From: Vulcanimicrobiales bacterium
Lineage (GTDB): Bacteria; Vulcanimicrobiota; Vulcanimicrobiia; Vulcanimicrobiales; Vulcanimicrobiaceae
NCBI GenBank assembly: GCA_038231455.1
Contig: JBBRLI010000031.1
Location: 1-32,589 of the forward strand
Length of the DNA: 32,589 nucleotides
Direction of reading: 5' to 3'
Both the position numbers and the translations under genes were made by a program. Below, piece by piece: positions 1-8,577 of the stretch (its first letter is position 1; each line of letters starts with the position of its first letter). The notes beneath the pieces are model-generated. The model worked only from the letters and a program-made list of their open reading frames with translations. It ran no database searches and had not been told where the DNA came from.

Positions 1-720
1 ATCGGCCTGGCGACCGAGCCGCCGCCGCTGCACATGTCATTCACAGGCGGCCCGGGCACCGGAAAAACCACCGTCGCGATGCGCATGGCCGAAATATTGC
101 ATCGCCTCGGGTACGTGCGTAAAGGGCATCTCATCGCCGTTACGCGCGACGATCTGGTCGGTCAATACATCGGCCACACGGCGCCGAAAACGCGCGAGGT
201 CATCAAACGCGCGAAAGGCGGCGTGCTCTTCATCGATGAGGCCTACTACCTCTATAAAGCCGAGAACGAGCGCGACTACGGCGGCGAGGCGATCGAAATC
301 TTGTTACAGGCAATGGAGAACGACCGCGAGGACTTGGTCGTCATCTTCGCCGGATATAAAGAGCGTATGGAGCAATTCTTCTCGAGCAATCCCGGCTTGA
401 AGTCGCGCGTCGGCAGTCACGTCGACTTCCCTGACTATCCGGCAGACGAACTGTTGCAGATCGCCGATTTGATGCTCGAGCGCTTGAACTATCGTTTCGG
501 CGGCGACGCGCGTGCGGTTTTTGCCGCGTATCTGGACCGGCGTATGACGCAGCCGTTCTTCGCGAATGCCCGCAGCGTGCGCAACGCAATCGGCCGCGCG
601 CGCTTGCGACAGGCAAATCGTCTGTTCGCACTCGGCGGCGTTCTCTCCAAAGATGCGCTGATGACGATCGAAGCGGAAGACATACGCAAGAGTCGCGTGT
701 TCGACGAAACCGCTTCGTGA
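1..720 (+). CDS. cbbX: CbbX, AAA+ activase of red-type (form IC/ID/IE) Rubisco; 5'-truncated by window edge
   Basis: Frame open from base 1 ([24 protein letters not shown], Walker A); [14 protein letters not shown] pore loop, [10 protein letters not shown] Walker [19 protein letters not shown] and FANARSVRN motifs are typical of CbbX. Confidence 0.93.
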   Translation: MGLATEPPPLHMSFTGGPGTGKTTVAMRMAEILHRLGYVRKGHLIAVTRDDLVGQYIGHTAPKTREVIKRAKGGVLFIDEAYYLYKAENERDYGGEAIEILLQAMENDREDLVVIFAGYKERMEQFFSSNPGLKSRVGSHVDFPDYPADELLQIADLMLERLNYRFGGDARAVFAAYLDRRMTQPFFANARSVRNAIGRARLRQANRLFALGGVLSKDALMTIEAEDIRKSRVFDETAS

Positions 721-1433
721 TCGTCGATGTCGCGGTGACCCCCGCAGCGCTGCGCTCGATCGATGCCGGTCGAACCATAGCCGTCCTCGATGTGTTGCGC
801 GCGACGACGACGATCGTCGCGGCGCTCGCAGCGGGTGCGAGATCCGTCTTGCCTTTCGAAGAACCCGAAGAAGCGCTGGCTTTCGCCGAGCTGCATGGCC
901 GGGCCAACTACATCTTGGGCGGAGAGCGCGAGAGTCGCCGAATCCCGGGCTTCGATCTGGATAACTCCCCGCGCGCCTACACGCGCGACCGCGTGAGCGG
1001 CGTGACGATCGTCTTCACGACGACCAACGGTACGCGTGCCTTACGGCGCGCTGCGGAGGTCGGTTCGCGCGTGCTGATCGCAACCTTACGCAATCGCACC
1101 GCCGTCGCGCACGCGCTGCTCGTGGGCGGCGACGCAACGCTCGTGTGCGCGGGCTCGCACGGTGACTGGAGCTTCGAGGACTTCATCGGCGCAGGTTCGA
1201 TCCTCGCCGCGATGCGCGACCGCGAACCGGGCATCGCCCTGGGCGACGGAGCATTTGCCGCACTCTCGGCCTACGCGCGACATGCGCGGGCGCTCCACGC
1301 GGCGGTCGCCCGCGGCACGCATGCCCGGCACCTCATCGCCGCAGGTTTTTCCGACGACGTCGTATGGTGCTGCGAGGAAGATCGAACCGGGATCGTACCG
1401 GTGCTGACCGACGGACAGATTACCGCCGTTTAA
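717..1433 (+). CDS. comB: ComB-family (2-phosphosulfolactate phosphatase-like) phosphatase
   Basis: Motifs [13 protein letters not shown]...[20 protein letters not shown]...[12 protein letters not shown] start overlaps cbbX stop (GTGA 717-720). Confidence 0.9.
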   Translation: MIVDVAVTPAALRSIDAGRTIAVLDVLRATTTIVAALAAGARSVLPFEEPEEALAFAELHGRANYILGGERESRRIPGFDLDNSPRAYTRDRVSGVTIVFTTTNGTRALRRAAEVGSRVLIATLRNRTAVAHALLVGGDATLVCAGSHGDWSFEDFIGAGSILAAMRDREPGIALGDGAFAALSAYARHARALHAAVARGTHARHLIAAGFSDDVVWCCEEDRTGIVPVLTDGQITAV

Positions 1434-2383
1434 CGCACCGCACGCAAGCCCTCAGGGACGCTCGCGAGATCACCGAAAAACTGCGGCGTCTGCGTCTGCA
1501 GTCCCGCAGCGTCGAGCGCTCGGCGTCCGTCGGTGGAAATCAGATACCGCAGAAACGCCGCGCCGCCGCTGGGATTCGAGGCACGCGTCGGGATCGTAAA
1601 CGCGTACTCGATTGGTTCGCCGCGCCGCACGAAACCGTCGATCGTTACCGACACCGTCGCATAGCGCGCAGCGTAGTGCGGGTCGCCGAGGTTGATGCGT
1701 GGATCGAGTTCGATCGTCGACAGCGACCGAATCGTCGCCTCGACTCCGTACACGAAAGCGACATCGATATCGCCTTGTTCGAGCCGGACGAGAATCGCCT
1801 CATCCGTCAGCGTCTGATCCGGGTTACGCGGCGCACCGAAGAGGGCCAAACGTAAATTCGGAATGTTGTACAGCCGCTCGGCGAGTTCGGCCACGATCAG
1901 CGTGCGATACCCTTTGGGATCGATCGCGGGATCGGTCCGTCCGATCCGCACGCCCGGCGTGCGCAGAACGTCGTACCAGCGACGCGCACCGCGCGCGGCT
2001 TCTGCGAATTGGGTTCCGAAGGGTGACTTGAGCGAGTACGCGATCACCATGCGCGTCGTCGCAAAACTTGCATACCACGCGATGGTCCCGTTTCCGGTTT
2101 TGAGCAAATCGCGCGTTACGCTGGTATCGGCCGAGAGAAAGACGTCGGGCGTCTTCAACCCCGCGGCGATCAACTTCGCATTGGCGACGCTGCCGCGGCC
2201 TTCGCCTTCCGCGTGCAATCCGGTAAGCCGCTCGAATTCGGGCGCCAAACGTTGAGCGAATGCGGTGTTGAGCGAACCGGCATGCAAGACCGAGACACGC
2301 TCGGCTCCTTTGCCGGACTGCGTTGTTGCGAACAAGCCGGCTCCCAGCGTGCTGAGAAAAATCGTGCGTTTCACGGTATGCAT
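1430..2383 (-). CDS. Molybdate/tungstate ABC-type substrate-binding protein (WtpA/ModA-like), exported
   Basis: Probable start ATG 2383 (MHTVKRTIFLSTLGAG, Tat-like leader); HAGSL, GSV...LI, PDVFLSAD, GRTDP.IDPKGYR motifs. The upstream part of the 419-aa ORF overlaps the divergent gene and is not accepted. Confidence 0.8.
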   Translation of the reverse strand: MHTVKRTIFLSTLGAGLFATTQSGKGAERVSVLHAGSLNTAFAQRLAPEFERLTGLHAEGEGRGSVANAKLIAAGLKTPDVFLSADTSVTRDLLKTGNGTIAWYASFATTRMVIAYSLKSPFGTQFAEAARGARRWYDVLRTPGVRIGRTDPAIDPKGYRTLIVAELAERLYNIPNLRLALFGAPRNPDQTLTDEAILVRLEQGDIDVAFVYGVEATIRSLSTIELDPRINLGDPHYAARYATVSVTIDGFVRRGEPIEYAFTIPTRASNPSGGAAFLRYLISTDGRRALDAAGLQTQTPQFFGDLASVPEGLRAVR

Positions 2384-2489
2384 CTTCACGACACGGTCGG
2401 ATGCATCATCCCTTCCATTGCCGAGAAAATGGACCGTGCCCCGTGCGTCAAAGAAAACGAGTCGGGTCCGTATTCCCTGAAAGGCTCTC

Positions 2490-3137
2490 ATGCGTTTTCT
2501 TTCTATCGTCAGTGCAACCGCAGCGATCGCCCTCGTTCCGCTGGCGGCGTCCGCGACCGAAGTCGGTGTGCGCGCGTCCTCACTCGGGCTTGGCCTCGAA
2601 GTCTCCCAAGGCATCGCGCCGTTCGTCGATGCGCGCGTTATGACGGGCGCCTCAACGTTTAACGCTGACGGCAACGCGCAGGGTCTCAACTACACCGGGA
2701 AAGCCAAACTGAGCAACGTCGCTGCCGTCGCCGACGTGCACGTGCCGCTGACGTCGATTCGATTCACCGGCGGACTGCTCTTCAATAGCAATCGCGTCGA
2801 CATCACGGGCCAACCCTCCGGCGCGACCTACACGATTAACGGCAACGCCTATCCCTCGGCACTCGTCGGAACGATCAACGGTACCCTCAAATTCAATCCT
2901 GTCGCGCCGTATCTCGGCTTCGGCTACGATGGCACAGCCAAACACAACCTCGGTGTAAGCTTCGATGCGGGTGCAGTCTTCCAAGGCAGTCCGAACCTCA
3001 CGCTCACCAGTTCCAATCCCGTACCGAGCGCGCAGTTCACCACGGACCTCCTAGCCGCGCAGCAAAAAGCCCAATCGAACCTGAACTATTTCAAGGTTTA
3101 TCCGGTGGTAACGATCACGCTCGCCGCGAAGCTGTAG
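2490..3137 (+). CDS. Secreted protein, probable outer-membrane beta-barrel
   Basis: N-terminal signal peptide (…LVPLAASA); alternating hydrophobic beta-strand pattern (SSLGLGLEV, VAPYLGFGY, VSFDAGAVFQGSP, YPVVTITLAAKL). Confidence 0.7.
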   Translation: MRFLSIVSATAAIALVPLAASATEVGVRASSLGLGLEVSQGIAPFVDARVMTGASTFNADGNAQGLNYTGKAKLSNVAAVADVHVPLTSIRFTGGLLFNSNRVDITGQPSGATYTINGNAYPSALVGTINGTLKFNPVAPYLGFGYDGTAKHNLGVSFDAGAVFQGSPNLTLTSSNPVPSAQFTTDLLAAQQKAQSNLNYFKVYPVVTITLAAKL

Positions 3138-3140
3138 CGG

Positions 3141-3590
3141 ATGGAACGCTGGAAGCATGATGGTGTCCGGGTCATCGCCGCGTGCGACGTCGACCCGAAC
3201 ACGCCCCAAACGACGGGGATGTCCCGCGCGGCGGCGATCACGACCGCTCGCGTCGGCGCCGAAAAGCTCTGGGCCGGGACCGTCACGATCGAACCCAACG
3301 CCAAAACCGGCGCGCATCATCACGGCGATCTCGAGAGCGTGATCTACGTGGTGAAAGGCCGCGCGCGTATGCGCTGGGGCGAGCGACTTGAATTCATTGC
3401 CGAAGCAGGCCCAGGCGACTTCATCTTCGTCCCGCCGTTCGTGCCGCATCAAGAAATCAACGCGAGCGCCGGCGAGCCGCTCGAATGCGTGCTCGTGCGC
3501 AGCGGGCAAGAGCCGATCGTGGTCAACCTCGACATTCCGGCCGTCGAGCAACCCGAGTCGGTGCTCTGGAAAGATGATATCCACCGCTAG
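3141..3590 (+). CDS. Cupin-domain protein
   Basis: TGAHHHGDLESVIYV and GDFIFVPPFVPHQE cupin metal motifs; starts 3 nt after upstream stop. Confidence 0.88.
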   Translation: MERWKHDGVRVIAACDVDPNTPQTTGMSRAAAITTARVGAEKLWAGTVTIEPNAKTGAHHHGDLESVIYVVKGRARMRWGERLEFIAEAGPGDFIFVPPFVPHQEINASAGEPLECVLVRSGQEPIVVNLDIPAVEQPESVLWKDDIHR

Positions 3591-3639
3591 GATGCTTGAG
3601 CGCTAGAACGCGGCGCTCGTTCGGACCGCCCACGCGGCA

Positions 3640-4620
3640 TCAGGCTGCAGCGGCGCGATTCATATAGCGTACGGCGAGCATGTGCGGAACGGTGACGGCA
3701 AAAGCGAATCCCACGATCGCAGTCGAGAATGACAACGAACGGGGAATCTCGACGGCAAAGAAGACCCCCAGCGCTAGTGCACCCAGCGTCATCGGGAGCG
3801 ATCGCAGCGCGAAACTTTGCATCGCTACTCGGTTTCGCGCGAACGAAGCGTTGACGTCGAGGCCGTAAACTTCGGCGAGCCGCAAGAGATGCCGTGCTCC
3901 ATGCCAGCACCCGAAATAGAGCAAAAAAGCCGACAATGGCGGTGCGACCACAAACCCGATGAACGCGACCGGCAGTTCGAGCACGTACCAAAGCGGCAAG
4001 CGCGCGGCGCGCGCGCGTACCGCGCGGTAGCTAGCCGCGAGGACGACCACGATTCCGACGATCGAGAGCAGCGCCACGCGCACGGCGAACGGAACGACCG
4101 GCACGCTTGCGACAGCGAAACCGATCGATTGTGGAACGAGCGAGAGCATCTCGTGCGGATGGGCGAGGAACGGTACGGCGATCGGCAGTGCGCCGAATCC
4201 TAGCATGCGCAAGCGCGCGAACCGCGGGAGATCCTCGCCGACATAGCGGGCAGCGAAGGTGAGCTCGCCCGACCCGAAATGAACGATCGATATCGCAATG
4301 AATGCGGCAAAGAGCGGCAGCGGAAACACGATGAACGCGGTGAATGCACATGCGACCACCGCTGCATATCCAAACACGATACGTATCGTCGTTAGCTTCG
4401 ATGCGCCGTGTAAACGCTCGGCAAGCTCGTGGTCGAGCGCCCCGTGCGCGATGCCGAATGTCAGGGTCACGAGCAACCCGAGCCCAAGCGCCAAGCTGCT
4501 CGCGAGGTGCATCGGGAGAGCGCCTATGAGTGCCACGGCGAGTCCGAGCGGGCCGAGCCATCCGATCGCGTCAACGAGCCGCAAGATTACCAGTCCTCGT
4601 CGTTCCAACGGGGGCGACAT
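3640..4620 (-). CDS. blh: Beta-carotene 15,15'-dioxygenase, Brp/Blh family (retinal synthesis)
   Basis: Hydrophobic protein with four conserved His motifs: GIAHGALDH, HFGSGE, YFGCWHGARH, TVPHM; downstream of crtY and rhodopsin. Start uncertain (ATG 4620, or TTG 4584 after GAGGA). Confidence 0.9.
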   Translation of the reverse strand: MSPPLERRGLVILRLVDAIGWLGPLGLAVALIGALPMHLASSLALGLGLLVTLTFGIAHGALDHELAERLHGASKLTTIRIVFGYAAVVACAFTAFIVFPLPLFAAFIAISIVHFGSGELTFAARYVGEDLPRFARLRMLGFGALPIAVPFLAHPHEMLSLVPQSIGFAVASVPVVPFAVRVALLSIVGIVVVLAASYRAVRARAARLPLWYVLELPVAFIGFVVAPPLSAFLLYFGCWHGARHLLRLAEVYGLDVNASFARNRVAMQSFALRSLPMTLGALALGVFFAVEIPRSLSFSTAIVGFAFAVTVPHMLAVRYMNRAAAA

Positions 4621-5746
4621 CGCCCAGTCCCTCCAGCGCGCCGAGTACGCTTGCGACCAGCACCGGTAGCGTCTCCAGCGGACCCGCACGATCCATCATA
4701 AAGTTGGCTAGCCGATCGCCCTCGATGGTCGCGAAGAGCCGCCGAAACGCACGCGGCAGGAGCTTCGGCGCGCGGCGCGCCGCTTCGATGAGAAACGCAT
4801 CGCATGTCGGTGCGACGCTGCCGAACGATTGTGTCGACGGCACCGTCGTGCGCGCGAAGGCATCCGCGATGCGGGCTGTTTGCGCTTGCACGCGGTGAAA
4901 CGTGTATCCGCTGCCCGGTCGTGCGCAGCCACCGCGGAGGCCGATCGGGATGACGCGCGCCGTCCGCTTCGGTAGCGTAAGGCCCGAACTCATCGGAATA
5001 CTGCCGACTTCACGATAGCCGGCGGCTGGTTGCGCCGCTCCGATCCGCCGTGTGATGTACGCATCGAGCTCGTAGTCGAGCCGTGCGCGGGAAAGTGGGC
5101 GGCGCGCAAAATAGGTATTTTCGATCAGCGCTTCACGCGGTCCGAACGGCAAGACATAAAAGAAGTGGAACCCGTCGTCGGTATCGCGTTGCACGTCCAT
5201 GAGTGTCGCGGTAGTCGCGTCGAACGCATCGAAGTCGACGACGACCCGGCGCCCCGCGAAGCGTTGAACGATGTCGCTGCGCCCGACCATCTCGCGGCTC
5301 AGGCCACGGGCATCGAAGACGTGATCGGCGACGATCGTGCGATCCCGCGTCGAGATGACACAGGACCCAGCCGACTCGGCGATCGAGGTCACCGCTTCGC
5401 CCAGGAGCAGGTCGTAGCCCGAATCGGATATATGTGTTTGCGCTGCTGCGTAGAAGTCGCGACTCTTGATCGAGACGTAGGGAGCGCCCGCGCTCTGCTG
5501 CATGTACGCGCCGGAATCGTCACGGAGCTCCCAACGGTTCCATGTGCCGCTTGCCAGGCCCGCATCAGCGCCTGCATCGACATCCCAAAACGACCAGGTG
5601 CGATCGTCGACGAATGCCGGCTTGGCATCGATAATGACGATCGGGTCGGTCACCCCGCGGCGCGCAAATGCGCGCGCGAGGCTCAGGCCGGCTAGGCCGG
5701 CACCGACGATGGCGAAGCGATAGGACGATCGAACGTGAGTATCCAT
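4571..5746 (-). CDS. crtY: Lycopene beta-cyclase (CrtY/CrtL-type flavoprotein)
   Basis: IVGAGLAGLSLA FAD motif, DDRTWSFW, ATLMD, FFYVLPF...ALIENT, GGCARPGSGYTF; lies between rhodopsin and blh. Confidence 0.88.
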   Translation of the reverse strand: MDTHVRSSYRFAIVGAGLAGLSLARAFARRGVTDPIVIIDAKPAFVDDRTWSFWDVDAGADAGLASGTWNRWELRDDSGAYMQQSAGAPYVSIKSRDFYAAAQTHISDSGYDLLLGEAVTSIAESAGSCVISTRDRTIVADHVFDARGLSREMVGRSDIVQRFAGRRVVVDFDAFDATTATLMDVQRDTDDGFHFFYVLPFGPREALIENTYFARRPLSRARLDYELDAYITRRIGAAQPAAGYREVGSIPMSSGLTLPKRTARVIPIGLRGGCARPGSGYTFHRVQAQTARIADAFARTTVPSTQSFGSVAPTCDAFLIEAARRAPKLLPRAFRRLFATIEGDRLANFMMDRAGPLETLPVLVASVLGALEGLGDVAPVGTTRTGNLAAR

Positions 5747-5762
5747 CGCTTCGCCGGTTCGA

Positions 5763-6539
5763 CTACGACGCCGAGTTTGCGGACTTCAACCCACTAGTCG
5801 GCTCGTTCTCCGACTTGCGGATCGCGATGTTGTAGATGTAGATTCCGAAGGCAGCCTTGGCGACGATATCGGCCACCGTATAACCGATTTGCACGAGCGT
5901 CGCCGCTGCTCCGCCGGTGAATCCGATCATCGGGAAGATGAAGACGATCGGGTAGAAGCACCACGCCAAGATCGTTATCCAACGCGCAGTGCTCACCATT
6001 CCGCGCACGTTTTCGGGTTGTGACGCGATGGACGACTTCAACCCGAAGAAGAGCTCGATGACGATCCACGTGAATGGAATCATCGCGAGGACCCAAAAGA
6101 TCCAGCGCGTCGCAATATCGGCGGAGACTTCCCCCGGGTATCCGAAGCCGACCATGATTACGGCAAGAAGCCCGAGCCGGACCGACTTGGAGACTGTTTC
6201 TTTCTGCGACAAGCGCATGACGAGAATCAGCTCGAGCAAGAGCAACGGAACCGTGAGCAGCCAATCGACGTAGCGGTATGCATCGTTGAAGGCGACGCCT
6301 GTTGGCTTGACCACGCCGCTAATGACGGTAAATGCGGCAACCCAGCTATCGAAAATACGGAAGTAGTGGTAGCAGGCGACGAGCGTCACAAGTGCGGTGA
6401 CCGTGACTGCTGTGCGATATGGCTTGGCAACTTGCGCGACGCCGAAGAAAAAGAAGATCGTCGCTGCGCCCATGACGGCAATCGTCAATGAGAACGCATT
6501 GTAGATGAGGGTGTATTCCCCTAGGGAGATTTCTGGCAT
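5763..6539 (-). CDS. Microbial rhodopsin, xanthorhodopsin/Gloeobacter-rhodopsin-like, DTE motif (predicted outward proton pump)
   Basis: Seven hydrophobic segments; YHYFRIF (His58), FNDAYRYVDWLLTVPLLLLE (D92, T96, E103; Leu100 at tuning site), GYPGE, DIVAK (D224, retinal Lys228). Confidence 0.96.
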   Translation of the reverse strand: MPEISLGEYTLIYNAFSLTIAVMGAATIFFFFGVAQVAKPYRTAVTVTALVTLVACYHYFRIFDSWVAAFTVISGVVKPTGVAFNDAYRYVDWLLTVPLLLLELILVMRLSQKETVSKSVRLGLLAVIMVGFGYPGEVSADIATRWIFWVLAMIPFTWIVIELFFGLKSSIASQPENVRGMVSTARWITILAWCFYPIVFIFPMIGFTGGAAATLVQIGYTVADIVAKAAFGIYIYNIAIRKSENEPTSGLKSANSAS

Positions 6540-6695
6540 GAAATTTCCGTTCTTAGTATGTGGCCCTATGTTTGGGCGGTATGAGATACGACGAGGAGAG
6601 CGTCGATCCAGAATCGACGTGAGAATCTCCGCTTATGTGAAGAAGAATCCTTGCGAGCCGCCTGAAAGCGACAACGCAACGCGTCAGAATTAAAT

Positions 6696-6709
6696 TGGCA
6701 ATTTTGCCA
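6696..6709. promoter_or_regulatory. Palindrome TGGCAA-TT-TTGCCA in an AT-rich patch upstream of the rhodopsin operon; candidate operator
   Basis: Perfect 6-bp inverted repeat with 2-nt spacer about 160 bp before the rhodopsin ATG, next to AATTAAAT. Confidence 0.35.
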
Positions 6710-6871
6710 CCATCGAGACGTGCAGCAGGTTAGACGCCACGAAAGTAAAAGTTGCAACGAGGCTGCGATATGCAGTCCGTTGTTGACGATGCTATGCCGC
6801 AAAGCGCGATGAAGGATTTCGCCGCGCCGAGTGCCGGTCCAGGAGGAGCGGTTATCGCGCACGGCGCTAAC

Positions 6872-6909
6872 CTGCGCGCGACGCGCGCCGGAGCGCGCGC
6901 CGCGCGTAG
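6872..6909. terminator. GC-rich stem-loop downstream of the ammonia-lyase; possible terminator or RNA stabiliser
   Basis: CTGCGCGCG-A-CGCGCGC-[CGGA]-GCGCGCG-C-CGCGCGTAG; no clear U-tract. Confidence 0.35.
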
Positions 6910-6996
6910 CGTTGGACGGCTAAAGCCGGGTTCTCATTCCGGGCGTTCTCGGGACCGAAATCATCGTAAAAGCGCGTTCACGCCGCCGATCGACTT

Positions 6997-8577
6997 CTAC
7001 TGATGCGCGTCATCGAAACGCATGTCGTTGCCTTGGAGCGCGTCGGCAACGGCGGCAATCTCGTTCGAAAGCGGACGGTCTGCCGCGAGATGTGCCGTGT
7101 ACGTGCGGATCCATGCGACAAAACGTCGCGATTGCGGTGCAAAGTCGATCGCATCCGCACCGCGCTCTTCGATCAGCTCGACGGCTTGCGCGAGGATCAT
7201 GCCTTCGATCGCTAAGACGAGCCAGAGCAGATCGAGCAGACGCGAGGTCTTGCGCGCCGCGATCGTGCCCATCGGCACGACGTCTTGGTTGTTTGCGTTC
7301 GTCGGGATCGATTGGATGGAGGCCGGTATCGCCAAACTGCGCATTTCAGCGACGACCGCCGAAGCGGTGACCTGCGCGCCCATAAAACCACTGTTGAGGC
7401 CGCTTGGCGACGCATGCAGGAAGGCCGGGAGACCATGGTTTTGTTGCCCATCCGTTAGCCGCGCAATCGCACGCTCGGCATGCACGGCTACATTGATGAC
7501 GCTGAGCATCAAAGCATCCGACGCCGATCCAACATGTTGGCCGAAGAAATTTCCGCCGTGCAGCACCGCGTCGTCCTCGGCGAAGACCAGCGGATTGTCC
7601 GTCGCTGCATTGAGCTCGATCGTGACGATGCCATTGTGAAAAGCCAGCACGTCGAATGCAGCTCCGAATATCTGCGGAAGACAGCGGATCGAATACGGGT
7701 CTTGCGGCAACTCGCGGGCGGAGGTCCCGATGAACTCGTCGGGGTCAAGGTACGCCGGCGGCTGAACCGACGGTCGGATTCGGCGGCTGCCATCAAGCCA
7801 AATGGCGAGTAGCCGGTGTGCCAACTGCTGGCCGACATGCGGGCGCGCCAGGCCGAATCGCGCATCGAAAGCTTCGCCATGCGCACCCAGACACTCGGCG
7901 TACATTGCGCCGAACCGTAGCGCGACATGGAGCGCGCGCTCGGCGCGGATACCGTTGACGGCGGCAATACCGGTCATCGCCGCCGTGCCGTTGACCAGCG
8001 CAAGCCCGTCTTTTGCGCCGAGTTCGACGGGCACTAAACCGGCGCGTGCCAACGCCTCTGCAGCCGCAAGGCGATCGCCGCCGAAGGTCGCCTCCCCTTC
8101 ACCGATAAGCAGCAAGCCTAGATGCGCTAGCGGCGTCAGATCGCCGCTAGCGCCGACGGTCCCCATCTCCGGAACGACCGGGAGCACGTTGCGATTGAGG
8201 CATTCGAGCAGTAAGGTAAATGTCGGTCGGCTCATCGCAGAATGTCCGCGCACGAGGTTGGCGATGCGCGCGATCATCATGGCGCGCGTAAGCGTCGGCG
8301 ACAGCGGCGCGCCGACGCCGGTCGCCAAATGGTAGAGCAGATTGCGTTGCAGCCGGTGCGCCATATCCGGCCGTACGTCGTATCGCGCTTCCGGTCCGTA
8401 TCCGGTCGTGACGCCGTACACGCGGCGGCGTTCGGCGATGAAGCGCGTAAGAAGCGCTTCGCTCGCTGCCATGCGCACATAGGCTTCGCTCGACGCATCG
8501 ACGCGCAATCCGTCAACGGCGATCGCCCAAACGTCGTCGAGTCCAATCGACGAGTCAAGCTCGATGCTCGTCATCAT
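6997..8577 (-). CDS. tal: MIO-dependent aromatic amino acid ammonia-lyase with tyrosine ammonia-lyase (TAL) signature
   Basis: VYGVTTGYG, GTVGASGDLTPLAH (MIO Ala-Ser-Gly), LQRNLLYHLATGVG (His-Leu at the specificity switch, versus Ser-His in HAL), GGNFFGQHV, NANNQDVV (versus QEDHV in HAL). Start ATG 8577 or 8574. Confidence 0.85.
   Translation of the reverse strand: MMTSIELDSSIGLDDVWAIAVDGLRVDASSEAYVRMAASEALLTRFIAERRRVYGVTTGYGPEARYDVRPDMAHRLQRNLLYHLATGVGAPLSPTLTRAMMIARIANLVRGHSAMSRPTFTLLLECLNRNVLPVVPEMGTVGASGDLTPLAHLGLLLIGEGEATFGGDRLAAAEALARAGLVPVELGAKDGLALVNGTAAMTGIAAVNGIRAERALHVALRFGAMYAECLGAHGEAFDARFGLARPHVGQQLAHRLLAIWLDGSRRIRPSVQPPAYLDPDEFIGTSARELPQDPYSIRCLPQIFGAAFDVLAFHNGIVTIELNAATDNPLVFAEDDAVLHGGNFFGQHVGSASDALMLSVINVAVHAERAIARLTDGQQNHGLPAFLHASPSGLNSGFMGAQVTASAVVAEMRSLAIPASIQSIPTNANNQDVVPMGTIAARKTSRLLDLLWLVLAIEGMILAQAVELIEERGADAIDFAPQSRRFVAWIRTYTAHLAADRPLSNEIAAVADALQGNDMRFDDAHQ

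Noticed and set aside
717-1433. Coenzyme M biosynthesis
   Set aside because: No comA/C/D/E in the window; comB homologues occur widely without the pathway
6566-7003. ORFs 6566-6862 (-) and 6752-7003 (+)
   Set aside because: No RBS at the starts, no motifs, and they run through hairpins; treated as non-coding
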